The notes below the pieces were generated by a model. It was not told the origin of the DNA. It searched no databases and saw only the letters and a program-made list of their open reading frames with translations. Shown here piece after piece: positions 4,891 to 14,383 of a stretch of 14,557 bases of DNA. Every line of letters begins with the position of its first letter. The stretch's first letter is position 1. Position numbers and translations under genes: made by a program. This DNA is from an uncultured bacterium (lineage in GTDB: Bacteria > SAR324 > NAC60-12): positions 123,286 to 137,842 of the forward strand of contig CBFIJD010000001.1 in assembly GCA_965662845.1 (NCBI GenBank), given 5' to 3'.

Positions 4891-7086
4891 TTAGTTTGCG
4901 AGCCCAATAGCGCCGGCACGTTGGACGGAGCGTTCCAATAGCTTCCAGCGCACAATCGGAATTTCGCGCAGCAGTGCAGAATCGGCAATGTGATAGACTC
5001 GTGAATCTTTGGTCGTCTTCAAAGAGAACCGATGCTGGTTCTCAAGAATACTTTCCTCGCCACAGAACTCTCCCTCGCCAACCGTGTGAAAGGTTTGGTC
5101 TTCATGTTGAAGCGCGATTTCTCCTCGACGGACTAAAATCAAACCGGGCTGCGAAAGTTCAATCTCGCTCTCTTCCGGATAGAACTGTTGCTCCATCACC
5201 TGTGCGATGCGTGTTTGGATCGGATAGGAAACCGATTCTCCGAAAAGTGGGGTCGATCTCATGAACTCAATCCGATCCTGCACCCGTTGAATTTCGTTGA
5301 AGATGCGGTTGCGTGCGACAAATTCCTCAAAGAGGTGGCTGGGGATCTGGAGCGTCTCAATGTGACTCGCCGCTCGATAAGTCCCAAAGTTGATGAGCCC
5401 GAAGAGAGCCCCCATATCCCCAGCGAGCGAGCCCGCTGACAAGATATTGTTGATTTTGCTGTCGGAGCGGATGAACTCAACGCTGCCGGTTAGGATCAAA
5501 TAGACGTATGCGGGCGCTTCATTGTTCTTGAGAAGAATGCTACCTGCGCTGAATCCCACCTGTGGGCAATTCAAGAGCATGTTGATCTCGCTCGCGGGCA
5601 CCATCGGGTAATATGCGTTGAGATACTTGGCTGCATATTGGAGGTAGTAGTCCACTTTGCCTTCAATCAGGACGTCCGTCATGCCGAAGCTCAGCCCAGA
5701 CCCAATTTCCTTCTCTTGATTATTGAGTCGGTTTGCTGTGTGCGAGAGCACAATCTTCTCCGAGCTGTCGGCACGGAAATCTGTGGCTTGCCCGTGGATC
5801 ATCCCCCCCCCAATATCAATTTTCTTGAGGTTGACTTTGGTGAGATAGTGAGCGCGCGTCCGCTCATAGAGCTCTCGTGAGATTCCTGCGGCTTCGGGAT
5901 CCTCGCTCACCATGCCTTCCAGTACGCTGAAAGCCGCGATGTCTGCCAAGTGCGCATACGTGATGTATCCCTCTTTCCACAGAGTGCGGAGGAATAGAAT
6001 GTTGGTCTCGACGGGGTGTGGAGAAAACACAGGATAGACTTCGAGACCGTCCACGTTGTTCCACGTTTCAAACTCTAAGTCATGAACTTCAAAGAAGTCT
6101 TCAAACTTCTCTTCATCAAATGACATCAGCGCCGCGAGCTTCTTGGTGACGGACTCTCGCACTAGCCTTGTGGAGTAGTATTTGATGCGATGATCTGCCC
6201 GAATGAGCGAGGTGAGCCCAGCGAAGTGATCATCATGAGCGTGGGTGTGGAAGATGCCTTCCACCTCGTTGACGTTGATCCCCAGCGCGTTGAGACTGTG
6301 CGCAATGTTTGGACCGGCGTCAATCAAGTAGATCCGGCCTTGGAAGGTGACAATGCTCGCCATACATGGGCGGTTGATGTCCCAGCCGTCTCCTTCTCCT
6401 GAGTGCGTCACCGCAAAGTAGTCGCGGCTGACCTGATGCGACCCCAGTTCGTAAGGATTTTCGTAAGTTTCGTCTTCGCTGAGATTCAGATCAACTTGAA
6501 TCGACTCATCCTCATAAGTGAATTCATACAAGTTGAACCGCAATCGCTTCACAAACACGCCGTTGCGAACTTCGACAGGCTGGTCTTTGACCACGCAAGC
6601 TTCTAGTAGCTCTTCCGTTGGACGAATTCTCCCAAACGCGAAGCGCAGTTTCATACGCATCATCTCGTCGGCAACGCTCTCCGACTGACCTGCGGAGGCG
6701 ATTTCATTTTTAGAGATGAGTCCGTAGTTACCCCGATAAATGTAATTCATCTGCGATTTGACCGTCTCCTCGCGTCCAATCAGCACGGGCTTCAAGCCGT
6801 TGTTGTTGGGATGATTCGGCAGGATGATGCCTTGACGATAGAGCATCTGCAGGACGGGAAACTCGGCGAGATTTGCGAAGTGTCCATTTTGAAGGGCCAA
6901 GTCGGAGAGTAAAATTGCGTTGGGACCGGTCTCGCACTTTACGCCATTTTTCTCGACAGATTTGATGAAGCCTTTCTTCATTAAGTGCTTCACACTGTCT
7001 GCTGGGCATCCGCACAAAATGTGGATGTTCGCTTCGGGTATGGAAACCCAGTAGACGCCAGCAGTAATCTGGGTTTTTTCAATCAA
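4891..7086 (-). CDS. Metallo-beta-lactamase-fold hydrolase with two C-terminal cyclic-nucleotide-binding domains (731 aa)
   Basis: YLIDAGP, THAHDDH (HxHxDH), SPHPVET, HLAD, GGGMIHG and VLSHT metal-site motifs, then two cNMP-like repeats (YVYLILTGSVE...GSLAGD; LILVRRGEI...GEFCGEESIL). TTG start with SD AGAAGGGGG. Confidence 0.88.
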   Translation of the reverse strand: MIEKTQITAGVYWVSIPEANIHILCGCPADSVKHLMKKGFIKSVEKNGVKCETGPNAILLSDLALQNGHFANLAEFPVLQMLYRQGIILPNHPNNNGLKPVLIGREETVKSQMNYIYRGNYGLISKNEIASAGQSESVADEMMRMKLRFAFGRIRPTEELLEACVVKDQPVEVRNGVFVKRLRFNLYEFTYEDESIQVDLNLSEDETYENPYELGSHQVSRDYFAVTHSGEGDGWDINRPCMASIVTFQGRIYLIDAGPNIAHSLNALGINVNEVEGIFHTHAHDDHFAGLTSLIRADHRIKYYSTRLVRESVTKKLAALMSFDEEKFEDFFEVHDLEFETWNNVDGLEVYPVFSPHPVETNILFLRTLWKEGYITYAHLADIAAFSVLEGMVSEDPEAAGISRELYERTRAHYLTKVNLKKIDIGGGMIHGQATDFRADSSEKIVLSHTANRLNNQEKEIGSGLSFGMTDVLIEGKVDYYLQYAAKYLNAYYPMVPASEINMLLNCPQVGFSAGSILLKNNEAPAYVYLILTGSVEFIRSDSKINNILSAGSLAGDMGALFGLINFGTYRAASHIETLQIPSHLFEEFVARNRIFNEIQRVQDRIEFMRSTPLFGESVSYPIQTRIAQVMEQQFYPEESEIELSQPGLILVRRGEIALQHEDQTFHTVGEGEFCGEESILENQHRFSLKTTKDSRVYHIADSALLREIPIVRWKLLERSVQRAGAIGLAN

Positions 7087-7132
7087 AACGACCCCCTTCT
7101 AACGTGTTACAAAAAAGCGGCAAAGCGGACAC

Positions 7133-7162
7133 AACATATAACCGTTGAAGCCGTGAAGACAA
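7133..7162 (-). promoter_or_regulatory. Possible sigma70-type promoter for the MBL-cNMP/PilZ pair
   Basis: The minus strand reads TTGTCT-N18-TATGTT in the 100-bp AT-richer gap upstream of the TTG at 7086. Visual match only. Confidence 0.3.
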
Positions 7163-7186
7163 GATAATTTGTGCCGACTGGTGCTC

Positions 7187-8263
7187 CTAAGATTTCTGGC
7201 GCGTCGGTAAGTAAATTTGGAAAGTAGCCCCACCGTCTTCGCTATCAACATATTGCAGCAAGCCCTGATGGGAATGGATGATTTGATAAGAGATGGAGAG
7301 CCCGAGTCCGTGCCCGGTTCGCTTGGTTGTGAACAAAGGTCGGAAGAGTTGTGCTTGGTTTTCGGGTGGTACGCCGGGCCCCTGATCTTTGAGTTCGATC
7401 ATAATGTAGCGCAAATGAGGATTGAGATTTTTTCCCGCGAGCTGCCACTGGCTGCAATACATGCTGCGCAGGCAGATCTCTCCTCCAGCTGGCGAGGCTT
7501 CAATCGCATTGCGGATTAAGTTCAAGACTACTTGGTGGATTTTGTCGCGGTCGCCCTCAATTTCTGGCAGCGACGGATCAAACTCACGCACAAAGTTGAG
7601 ATTGCGATTGAGGCGGTTCTCCTCAAACCACAGCACGGTGTTCAGCACCTCATAGATATTGAACCGTTCATAGCGCAGAGACATCGGCGCCACATGCAAC
7701 AACAGCTGCTCTAACAGGCGCTCAATGCGTCCAATTTCTTCCAGCACCATCTCCGACGGCTCTGTCGACATCCCCGCCTGCTCTAAATCCCGAATCTGCA
7801 GCTGGGTCGCCCCTTTGATGCCGCTGAGTGGATTCTGAATCTCATGGGCTAACGTCGCGGCAAGGGTCACCATTGACTCGTTCACTTGCTGCTGCTGCTG
7901 CCACGCCTGCTTATCTAAGTGTTCGGAGACGTCTTGCAGCGAGAGCAGACCATATTTGATTTCTCCTCGCTGAAAGATCGGACGTAGCGAGACCTCAAAG
8001 ACGCTCTTCCGCAGATATGGGACGGGAATGCGGTACTCGCGGGCTTCAAACTCTTTTCCATAGCGCAGCGCCTGGTGCAGCTTACTCAGGAGCGTTTCGT
8101 CTCCAAAAAACAGTAAGTCAAACGGCTTCTCACAGATCTTCTGCCGGTCTCTTTGCCACAAGTGAGACGCCGCTTCATTCGCGTAGATCACGTGCCCGCT
8201 CTGGTCAACCACCAGTAGCGCCTGCGGCAGATGGTCGAGGAGGTTTTGTGCAAAGTCTCCCAT
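7187..8263 (-). CDS. Cytoplasmic PAS sensor histidine kinase, NtrB/GlnL-like (start revised to ATG at 8263, 358 aa)
   Basis: N-terminal PAS (LLDHLPQALLVVDQSGHVIYANEAA), H box LAHEIQNPLSGIKGATQL, FDPSLPEI (compare NtrB YDPSLP), N box LNLIRNAIEA, DQGPG, FTTK and GLGL. The ATG at 8263 forms a TGATG overlap with the upstream stop and has a GGGGG SD; the ORF-track start at 8365 would overlap the EamA gene by 103 nt. Confidence 0.88.
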   Translation of the reverse strand: MGDFAQNLLDHLPQALLVVDQSGHVIYANEAASHLWQRDRQKICEKPFDLLFFGDETLLSKLHQALRYGKEFEAREYRIPVPYLRKSVFEVSLRPIFQRGEIKYGLLSLQDVSEHLDKQAWQQQQQVNESMVTLAATLAHEIQNPLSGIKGATQLQIRDLEQAGMSTEPSEMVLEEIGRIERLLEQLLLHVAPMSLRYERFNIYEVLNTVLWFEENRLNRNLNFVREFDPSLPEIEGDRDKIHQVVLNLIRNAIEASPAGGEICLRSMYCSQWQLAGKNLNPHLRYIMIELKDQGPGVPPENQAQLFRPLFTTKRTGHGLGLSISYQIIHSHQGLLQYVDSEDGGATFQIYLPTRQKS

Positions 8264-9180
8264 CAATTCCCCCGCGCTGAGGATACTTGCCAAAGACGAC
8301 GCGCCAGCATCACATTCGCCAGAAAGATCAGGCATGCGCCCATCCAACCTCTCCATGATAGCCACTCTCCTTGCAATAGAAACGGCCCCAGGGCTGCCGC
8401 CAACAAAATCCGGGTCGATGAGATGACACTCCCTTCCACAGGGGTGACATAGCGAAAGCCCACGGTCAGGCCATATTGCCCAATCACGCTCAGACCAGCG
8501 CTGCCCAAAAGGTACTGCGCTTGCTCAAGATTCGGCCAGAACAAGTCTCCAGAGAACAGCGCCGCCATCAACAGCGTCCCTAGCCCAAACACAAAGAGCA
8601 GTAGCGTATCCGTGTCGTTGTGCTGTCGAGCACGATTGAGCGAGATGATCGCAAACGCGGCGGTGAACCCCGAAGCCAGCCCCCACACATTCCCCACGCG
8701 CCACTCCAGATCTTCGGGCAGCATCACAAGCACCACGCCCGTGAACGCGACGATGGTCAGCCAAGACGCGAGCCGATCACTCTGCCCGAAGCCTATCCAC
8801 GAGAACACCACAATGAACACGGGATACGTCATGTTCAGGATGTTCGCCTCAGCCACACTTGTCGCGACGACGCACTCGTAAAAAAACCAGACGGCGAGCA
8901 CGTTCGAGAGGACTCTCCCCACAATCCAACCGTAAGCCGCTGGCCGAGGCCGCTTGCGCTTCCCCAACAAGAGGCAGACCGTGACCACCCACCCTAGCAA
9001 AAAGCGACAAAACACATGGAACGCTGGAGTGACTTCGGGGACCGCAAACTGTCCCCAACGCAACACGACCGTGGCCATGTAAAAAGAAAATGCGGAACTA
9101 AAGAGCGCAAAAAGGCCCAGTTGTTCTTGAGAAAACCAGCTTAAGAGAAGACGAACTCGTGAAAAAGATGCAGAAATCAA
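8263..9180 (-). CDS. DMT-superfamily (EamA-like) membrane transporter
   Basis: About 10 hydrophobic segments in two repeats, with FCRF, EANILNMTYPVF, GLASGFTAA and LLQGEWLS..GWMG patterns. TTG start overlaps the hemB TGA (TTGA). Confidence 0.88.
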   Translation of the reverse strand: MISASFSRVRLLLSWFSQEQLGLFALFSSAFSFYMATVVLRWGQFAVPEVTPAFHVFCRFLLGWVVTVCLLLGKRKRPRPAAYGWIVGRVLSNVLAVWFFYECVVATSVAEANILNMTYPVFIVVFSWIGFGQSDRLASWLTIVAFTGVVLVMLPEDLEWRVGNVWGLASGFTAAFAIISLNRARQHNDTDTLLLFVFGLGTLLMAALFSGDLFWPNLEQAQYLLGSAGLSVIGQYGLTVGFRYVTPVEGSVISSTRILLAAALGPFLLQGEWLSWRGWMGACLIFLANVMLARRLWQVSSARGN

Positions 9181-10169
9181 GCGAAGGTTCCGTACTGCTG
9201 ACGGAGCAACTGCGCGGCTTCTCGCGCAAAGTAGGTCAAAATCATGTCTGCCCCAGCCCGTCGGATTGAGAGCAGCGCTTCCATCATCGCGCGCTCCTTG
9301 TCCAGCCAGCCTTGCTGAGCGGCAGCAAAAATCATGGCGTATTCACCAGAGACGTTGTAGGCGGCAATAGGGACGTCAAAGTGGTCTCGCAGGCGGGCGA
9401 TCACATCCAAATAGCTGAGCGCCGGCTTGACCATGATCACATCCGCGCCTTCGGAAATGTCGAGCTCGGCTTCCCGCAGCGCTTCGCGCCAGTTGGCAGG
9501 GTCCATTTGGTAGGTTTTTTTGTCTCCGCTTTTTGGCGCCGAATCCAAGGCACCTCGGAAGGGACCATAGAAGCAGGACGCATATTTGGCCGTATACGCC
9601 AAAATCCCCACCTGCTCATATCCAGATGCGTCCAGCGCCTCGCGGATCGCGCCGACTCTGCCGTCCATCATGTCCGATGGCGCAATCCAGTCGGCTCCGG
9701 CGGCGGCATGCGAGACCGCCATCTTGCAGAGGACATCGACGGTCTCGTCGTTCACAATTTCGTCGCCCACGACCAATCCATCGTGTCCGTGATGCGTGTA
9801 TGGATCGAGGGCCACATCGGTCTGCACACACAAGTCCGGAAGCTCGGCCTTGATGGCTCGCACAGCGCGCTGCACGAGCCCGTTGGGATCATAGGCTTTC
9901 GTGGCGCGGTCGTCTTTCTCCGTCGCATAGCCGAAGAGATTCACAGCGCCAATCCCAAGTTGATAAGCCGCTTGGCACTCCTTCACGAGTTCATCGACCG
10001 AGAGGCGGAATTGTCCTGGCATGGTCGTGATCGGGTCGCGCAGCTGGGAGCCTTCCGCGACAAACAGGGGGTAGATCAAATGCTGGGGCGACAGCTCCGT
10101 TTCGCGAACCAGCGAGCGGATGGGGGCGTTGCGCCGCAAGCGGCGAGGACGATGCGTGAGTTCCATCAT
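9177..10169 (-). CDS. hemB: Porphobilinogen synthase (delta-aminolevulinic acid dehydratase), Zn-independent type
   Basis: RPRRLR, DVALDPYTHHGHDG, APSDMMDGR, AKYAS.FYGPFR, YQMD, MVKPA and AYNVSGEY motifs. Confidence 0.97.
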   Translation of the reverse strand: MMELTHRPRRLRRNAPIRSLVRETELSPQHLIYPLFVAEGSQLRDPITTMPGQFRLSVDELVKECQAAYQLGIGAVNLFGYATEKDDRATKAYDPNGLVQRAVRAIKAELPDLCVQTDVALDPYTHHGHDGLVVGDEIVNDETVDVLCKMAVSHAAAGADWIAPSDMMDGRVGAIREALDASGYEQVGILAYTAKYASCFYGPFRGALDSAPKSGDKKTYQMDPANWREALREAELDISEGADVIMVKPALSYLDVIARLRDHFDVPIAAYNVSGEYAMIFAAAQQGWLDKERAMMEALLSIRRAGADMILTYFAREAAQLLRQQYGTFA

Positions 10170-11974
10170 TACCCCTCGTGGAAAGATTTGAGCAGTTTGC
10201 TGCGGGTTGGGTGTCGTAGTTTGCGCAGCGCTTTGGCTTCGATCTGGCGGATTCTTTCTCGGGTGACGTCAAAGTCTTGTCCCACTTCTTCCAGCGTGTG
10301 GTCTTTCACTTCATCAATGCCGAAGCGCATGCGCAGCACCTTCTCTTCGCGAGTGGTCAGCGTGCCCAGCGCCGTGCGAGTCAAGTCGCCGAGGTTAGCG
10401 CGCGTCGTCGCTTCAGATGGATTGCTGGCTTTCTCATCCGCGATAAAATCTTTGAGCTGCGAGTCTTCGTCATCGCCAATGGGCGTATCCAACGAGATGG
10501 GCTCTTTCGCGATCTTGAGCACTTTGCGAACTTTGTGCAGCGGCATGCCAATGTGCTCGGCCAATTCATCGGGGGTGGGCTCGCGGCCATACTCTTGAAT
10601 CAACGAGCGAGACGTCCGCGAGAGCTTATTGATGGTTTCAATCATGTGGACGGGGATGCGGATGGTGCGGGCTTGGTCAGCGATGGCCCGAGTGATCGAC
10701 TGACGAATCCACCACGTCGCGTACGTTGAGAACTTGTAGCCACGGCGATATTCGAATTTGTCGACCGCCTTCATCAGGCCGATATTGCCTTCTTGGATCA
10801 AGTCGAGGAATTGCAGTCCTCGGTTGGTGTATTTCTTGGCGATGCTGATCACTAGGCGCAGGTTTGCTTCGACCAGTTGGCTCTTGGCGAATTTCACGTT
10901 GCGTTCGGCGCGGCGCAGTTTCAGGACACTCTCCTGAAATTCTTCCCACGAGAGCGCGGTCTTGGCCGTCATGCTCTCGACACGCTGGCGGCACGCTTGG
11001 ATCTTCTCGTAGATGCGGCGAGCGATATTGAAGCCACAGCCGGACTGCTTTTCGATGTCGAGCCGCACTTGGACTTCCGCGCTACCGTCGCCTTGTGCGT
11101 GCGCCTCTGCCCACTTGGCGAAGAGTGTGTCGGCGGTTTCAAGGGGCATGTTGAGTTCTTGGCGATACTTATCGAGCTGTCGCAGCGTGAGATCAATCTT
11201 GCGTTTGTGCTTGAACATCAGGTTGCACATGTTGTCGATCTGCCGCGAGTTGAAGTTGATGCTGCGGATCGCGTTCTGATAGTTCTGCACGTGTTTTTCG
11301 AGTTGCACCTCTTCGGCTTGTGTCAGCTCGGTGGTTTGTTCGCACAGAGCCCATGCAGCTTCATACTCGGCTTGTACGTTCTCAAGGGCTTGCAAGAGCT
11401 CTTTGGCGGCTTTGTCTTCGTCATCAATCACATTGTCATCTTCGTCTAGCCCCGAGATGATGTGGCGCGCACGCAACTTGTCTGAGCGCAGCTTCTTTGC
11501 GACATCGAACAGGTGCAGCAGCACGAGATTCGATTGCACGAAGATTTCGATCAGCTCTTGGTGTCCTTCTTCAATTTGACGCGCGACGGCGACTTCACCT
11601 TCTCGAGTCAACAGCTCAATCCCTCCCATCTCACGCAGATACATCCGCACAGGATCATCGGTGTTGTTGTCCACGCCGGGTTCGAGGTCGAGCTCTTCTG
11701 AAGACTCCATATCTATGTCGTTTCCATTGTTCTCGCGCTGATTCACGCTCACATTTTTGGAAGAGTCGATGACCTCGATGTCCATTTCGGAGAGGATGTT
11801 GAGGATCCGCTCCATTTGCTCGGGAGAGGTGTGAGTCGCCAGCTGAGAGTTGATTTCATCTAGTGTGATGAAGCCTTTGTCGCGACCTTCAGCAATCAAA
11901 TCTTTGATCGTTTTTTCGAGATTTTTTTGTTGTTCAGTCAGCACAGAGGAGACGGCATTGGTGTGGGCGGTCAT
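10169..11974 (-). CDS. rpoD: RNA polymerase primary sigma factor RpoD (sigma70)
   Basis: Region 1.1, [12 protein letters not shown] (1.2), a long non-conserved region, [51 protein letters not shown], and [30 protein letters not shown]; directly downstream of dnaG. Confidence 0.98.
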   Translation of the reverse strand: MTAHTNAVSSVLTEQQKNLEKTIKDLIAEGRDKGFITLDEINSQLATHTSPEQMERILNILSEMDIEVIDSSKNVSVNQRENNGNDIDMESSEELDLEPGVDNNTDDPVRMYLREMGGIELLTREGEVAVARQIEEGHQELIEIFVQSNLVLLHLFDVAKKLRSDKLRARHIISGLDEDDNVIDDEDKAAKELLQALENVQAEYEAAWALCEQTTELTQAEEVQLEKHVQNYQNAIRSINFNSRQIDNMCNLMFKHKRKIDLTLRQLDKYRQELNMPLETADTLFAKWAEAHAQGDGSAEVQVRLDIEKQSGCGFNIARRIYEKIQACRQRVESMTAKTALSWEEFQESVLKLRRAERNVKFAKSQLVEANLRLVISIAKKYTNRGLQFLDLIQEGNIGLMKAVDKFEYRRGYKFSTYATWWIRQSITRAIADQARTIRIPVHMIETINKLSRTSRSLIQEYGREPTPDELAEHIGMPLHKVRKVLKIAKEPISLDTPIGDDEDSQLKDFIADEKASNPSEATTRANLGDLTRTALGTLTTREEKVLRMRFGIDEVKDHTLEEVGQDFDVTRERIRQIEAKALRKLRHPTRSKLLKSFHEG

Positions 11975-11984
11975 CGATTCACTC

Positions 11985-13742
11985 TCATCGAGGTTGGTAA
12001 ATCTGGTTCAGTTCTTCTTCTAGCTGGCGGATACGACGTCCGACCATTGCGTGCTGCAGGGAGTTCCTTTCTACTCCTCGTACTTGCTCCTGCTTGTGTT
12101 CGGCGAGGCGTCGTGCCTTGAGTCTGCGCAATGAGAAGCGGAACTGCGCTTCCGCATGCTGTGAAGGAAATTCTGCGGTGTAGAGAGAGGCCAACTCGCG
12201 ATCTAATTCCGATTGGGAGGGGGTGAGTTGCTGAAGAGAAAATGGGCGGAAAGCATCGTCGGGCAGTTGCAGCAGGCGTTCATAGAGTTGTCTGTGCAAG
12301 GGGTGCCGGAAGTCCTCGACACGCAGGAACTGACGCGCCAGCGTGATGGGGGCCTCCTCAGAGAGCAGCGCCTGAAGCAGCCAGCGTTCATCCTGAATTT
12401 CAGGAGGAAGCGACGCCGGGGCATTTTGAGAATCGGCCTCTTTACGCGATTCTCTAGGCAATGTCAACTTTTTCACGAGAGCGAAGATCGTTTCTGTAGG
12501 AATGCGCAGCAACTCCGAGATGCGGACCCACGTCATCTGTCGCTTGTCGAGCTGGGCAATCTGCTGCACTGTCGGCAGCAGCTCTTGGAGGGCTTCTTGT
12601 TGCCCCGGGACGGTCTCTGGATATTTCGCGAGGGTGTGCTGGACGAGGAACTCGAGGAGCGGCTGTTTGTGAGTGAGCAGAGATTGGAAGGCCTCCGCGC
12701 CTTGATGGAGCAGGAAGGTGTCAGGGTCTTCCCCTTCAGGGAGGGTGAGAATGTAGACGTCAAGCGGAAAAGGCAGGAAGAGCTGACAATTCTTCAGCGC
12801 GGCTTTGCGTCCTGCGGCGTCTCCATCAAACAGCAGGACAATAGAGTTTGCGTAGCGTCGAATCAACTGAACGTGCTCTGGCGTGAGGGCCGTTCCGCAG
12901 GTCGCCACGGCTTGGGCGAAGCCAAACTCGTGCATCCGAATCACGTCGAGATAGCCTTCGACAAAGATCAACTCTCGGGACCTGCGGATGGTTTCCATCC
13001 CCTCATACAGTCCATACAGCACTTGGCTCTTTTTGTAATAAGAGCTCTCAGGGCTGTTCAAGTATTTGGGCTGATCCTCTTTGTGAATCACTCGCCCACC
13101 AAAGCCGATGCAGCGTCCGCGAGCATCCCGAATTGGAAACATCAACCGCTGTCGAAAGCGATCATACCGACGGTCACTGCGGTCAGAAGCTTTCACCAAA
13201 CCGGCTTGCTCTTGGGTCGCGACGGCGATGCCTCTGCCTTCCAAATGCTGAAGCAGCGCTTGCCATTCGTCAGGGGCATATCCCAATAGAAACTTTTCTT
13301 GCCACGAAGGAGGGACCTGTCGTTGTCGCAAGTATTCTTGGGCTGCTTGCCCTGCTGGGCTTTGCAAACGCTGGCGGTAGAACTCCGCCGCCTGTTGCAG
13401 GGACTGCAACCCCTGTTCTTGTTGGGGATTGCGCTGTGGCTGTGACTCTGTCTGGAGTTCAAGCCCTGCGCGTTTAGCCAGCTCTGCGACGGCTTCCACA
13501 AAGGTGAGCCGTTCGTGCAGCATCAAAAACTTGATGGCGTCTCCGCTGACACCACAGCCAAAGCAGTGAAAGAATCCACGCTGTGGGTTCACGTTGAAGG
13601 AGGGGGTTTTCTCAGAGTGGAAGGGGCAGCAGGCTTTGAAGTTGGAGCCTGCTTTGCGGAGGGGGACGCCCTTCTCTTGCATCAGGCTAACGAGGTCGCT
13701 GTGGGTTCGGACCTCGCTGACAAAGTCGTCGCTAAAGCGCAT
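11985..13742 (-). CDS. dnaG: DNA primase
   Basis: Zinc ribbon [11 protein letters not shown]...[30 protein letters not shown], and TOPRIM motifs VEGYLD, FDGDAAG and DPD. Confidence 0.97.
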   Translation of the reverse strand: MRFSDDFVSEVRTHSDLVSLMQEKGVPLRKAGSNFKACCPFHSEKTPSFNVNPQRGFFHCFGCGVSGDAIKFLMLHERLTFVEAVAELAKRAGLELQTESQPQRNPQQEQGLQSLQQAAEFYRQRLQSPAGQAAQEYLRQRQVPPSWQEKFLLGYAPDEWQALLQHLEGRGIAVATQEQAGLVKASDRSDRRYDRFRQRLMFPIRDARGRCIGFGGRVIHKEDQPKYLNSPESSYYKKSQVLYGLYEGMETIRRSRELIFVEGYLDVIRMHEFGFAQAVATCGTALTPEHVQLIRRYANSIVLLFDGDAAGRKAALKNCQLFLPFPLDVYILTLPEGEDPDTFLLHQGAEAFQSLLTHKQPLLEFLVQHTLAKYPETVPGQQEALQELLPTVQQIAQLDKRQMTWVRISELLRIPTETIFALVKKLTLPRESRKEADSQNAPASLPPEIQDERWLLQALLSEEAPITLARQFLRVEDFRHPLHRQLYERLLQLPDDAFRPFSLQQLTPSQSELDRELASLYTAEFPSQHAEAQFRFSLRRLKARRLAEHKQEQVRGVERNSLQHAMVGRRIRQLEEELNQIYQPR

Positions 13743-13806
13743 GAGTATTATCGGGTGGAGCAGAACAAAACATCACGGGGCTACGAGCGTAACGGTCTGG
13801 TCTTTG

Positions 13807-14325
13807 TTATCCGTTGATGTTCAATTTTTGAAGCTTTGGTCGGATCACGAAGTTGCAGTATGGCGCGTTTGGATTGTCGCGATAGTAGTTTTGGTGATAG
13901 TCCTCGGCGGGATAGAAGACATCCAGCGGGACAATCTCCGTCACGATGGGGTCTGAAAAAGTATTGCTGGCCTCCAGCTCCTCTTTAGAACGGAGGGCGA
14001 TCTCTTTTTGTGCGGCAGAGTGAAAGAAGATGGCAGAGCGGTATTGGGTCCCCACGTCGTTGCCCTGTCGGTTCAGTGTTGTGGGGTCATGCATGCGCCA
14101 GAACCAGTCTAAGACCTCGGCGAAACGAATAACGTCGGCATCAAAGTCGAGCTGAACGACTTCGGCGTGTCCTGTGGTCCCCGTGCAAATGGAGCGATAA
14201 TCCGGGTTGGTCGTGCGCCCGCCGGTGTAGCCAGAGACCACTTTCTGGATGCCCTCCACGTTTTGGTAGACGGCTTCAAGACACCAAAAACAGCCGCCTC
14301 CTAGGGTTGCTTGTTCGATTGCCAT
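13807..14325 (-). CDS. msrA: Peptide methionine sulfoxide reductase MsrA
   Basis: GGGCFWC, VSGYTGG, TGHAEVV, HDPTTLNRQGNDVGTQYRSAIF, AEDYHQNYY and a C-terminal PYC. The SD AGGAG is 7 nt from the ATG at 14325; the GTG at 14328 is an alternative start. Confidence 0.96.
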   Translation of the reverse strand: MAIEQATLGGGCFWCLEAVYQNVEGIQKVVSGYTGGRTTNPDYRSICTGTTGHAEVVQLDFDADVIRFAEVLDWFWRMHDPTTLNRQGNDVGTQYRSAIFFHSAAQKEIALRSKEELEASNTFSDPIVTEIVPLDVFYPAEDYHQNYYRDNPNAPYCNFVIRPKLQKLNING

Positions 14326-14383
14326 CACGGACTCCTGTGAAAATGTTTAAAGAACAAAAGTGTTTCCCTTCAGCGAAAGAACG

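Noticed and set aside
7111..7129. AAAGCGG direct repeat with a T-run on the minus strand, as a possible terminator after the kinase
   Set aside because: It is a direct, not inverted, repeat, so no hairpin precedes the U tract.
7160..7178. Sigma54-like CGGCAC on the minus strand upstream of the MBL-cNMP gene
   Set aside because: There is no GC at the required -12 spacing.
7886..7900. (CAG)4CAA poly-Gln tract in the kinase linker
   Set aside because: It is short, in frame and typical of coiled-coil linkers; there is no evidence of variability.
8264..8365. N-terminal 34-aa extension of the histidine kinase given by the ORF track
   Set aside because: It overlaps the last transmembrane segment of the EamA gene. 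The ATG at 8263 has an SD and a TGATG overlap and begins right at the PAS domain.
9312..10598. 428-aa + strand ORF antisense to hemB and rpoD
   Set aside because: It lies wholly opposite two highly conserved genes and has no recognisable motifs. Long antisense shadow ORFs are expected from codon bias in GC-rich genes.
10877..11449. 190-aa + strand ORF and other short ORFs within rpoD
   Set aside because: These are antisense or alternate-frame shadows of rpoD with no supporting features.
12213..13289. 358-aa + strand ORF antisense to dnaG
   Set aside because: It is a codon-register shadow of dnaG with no domain signal.
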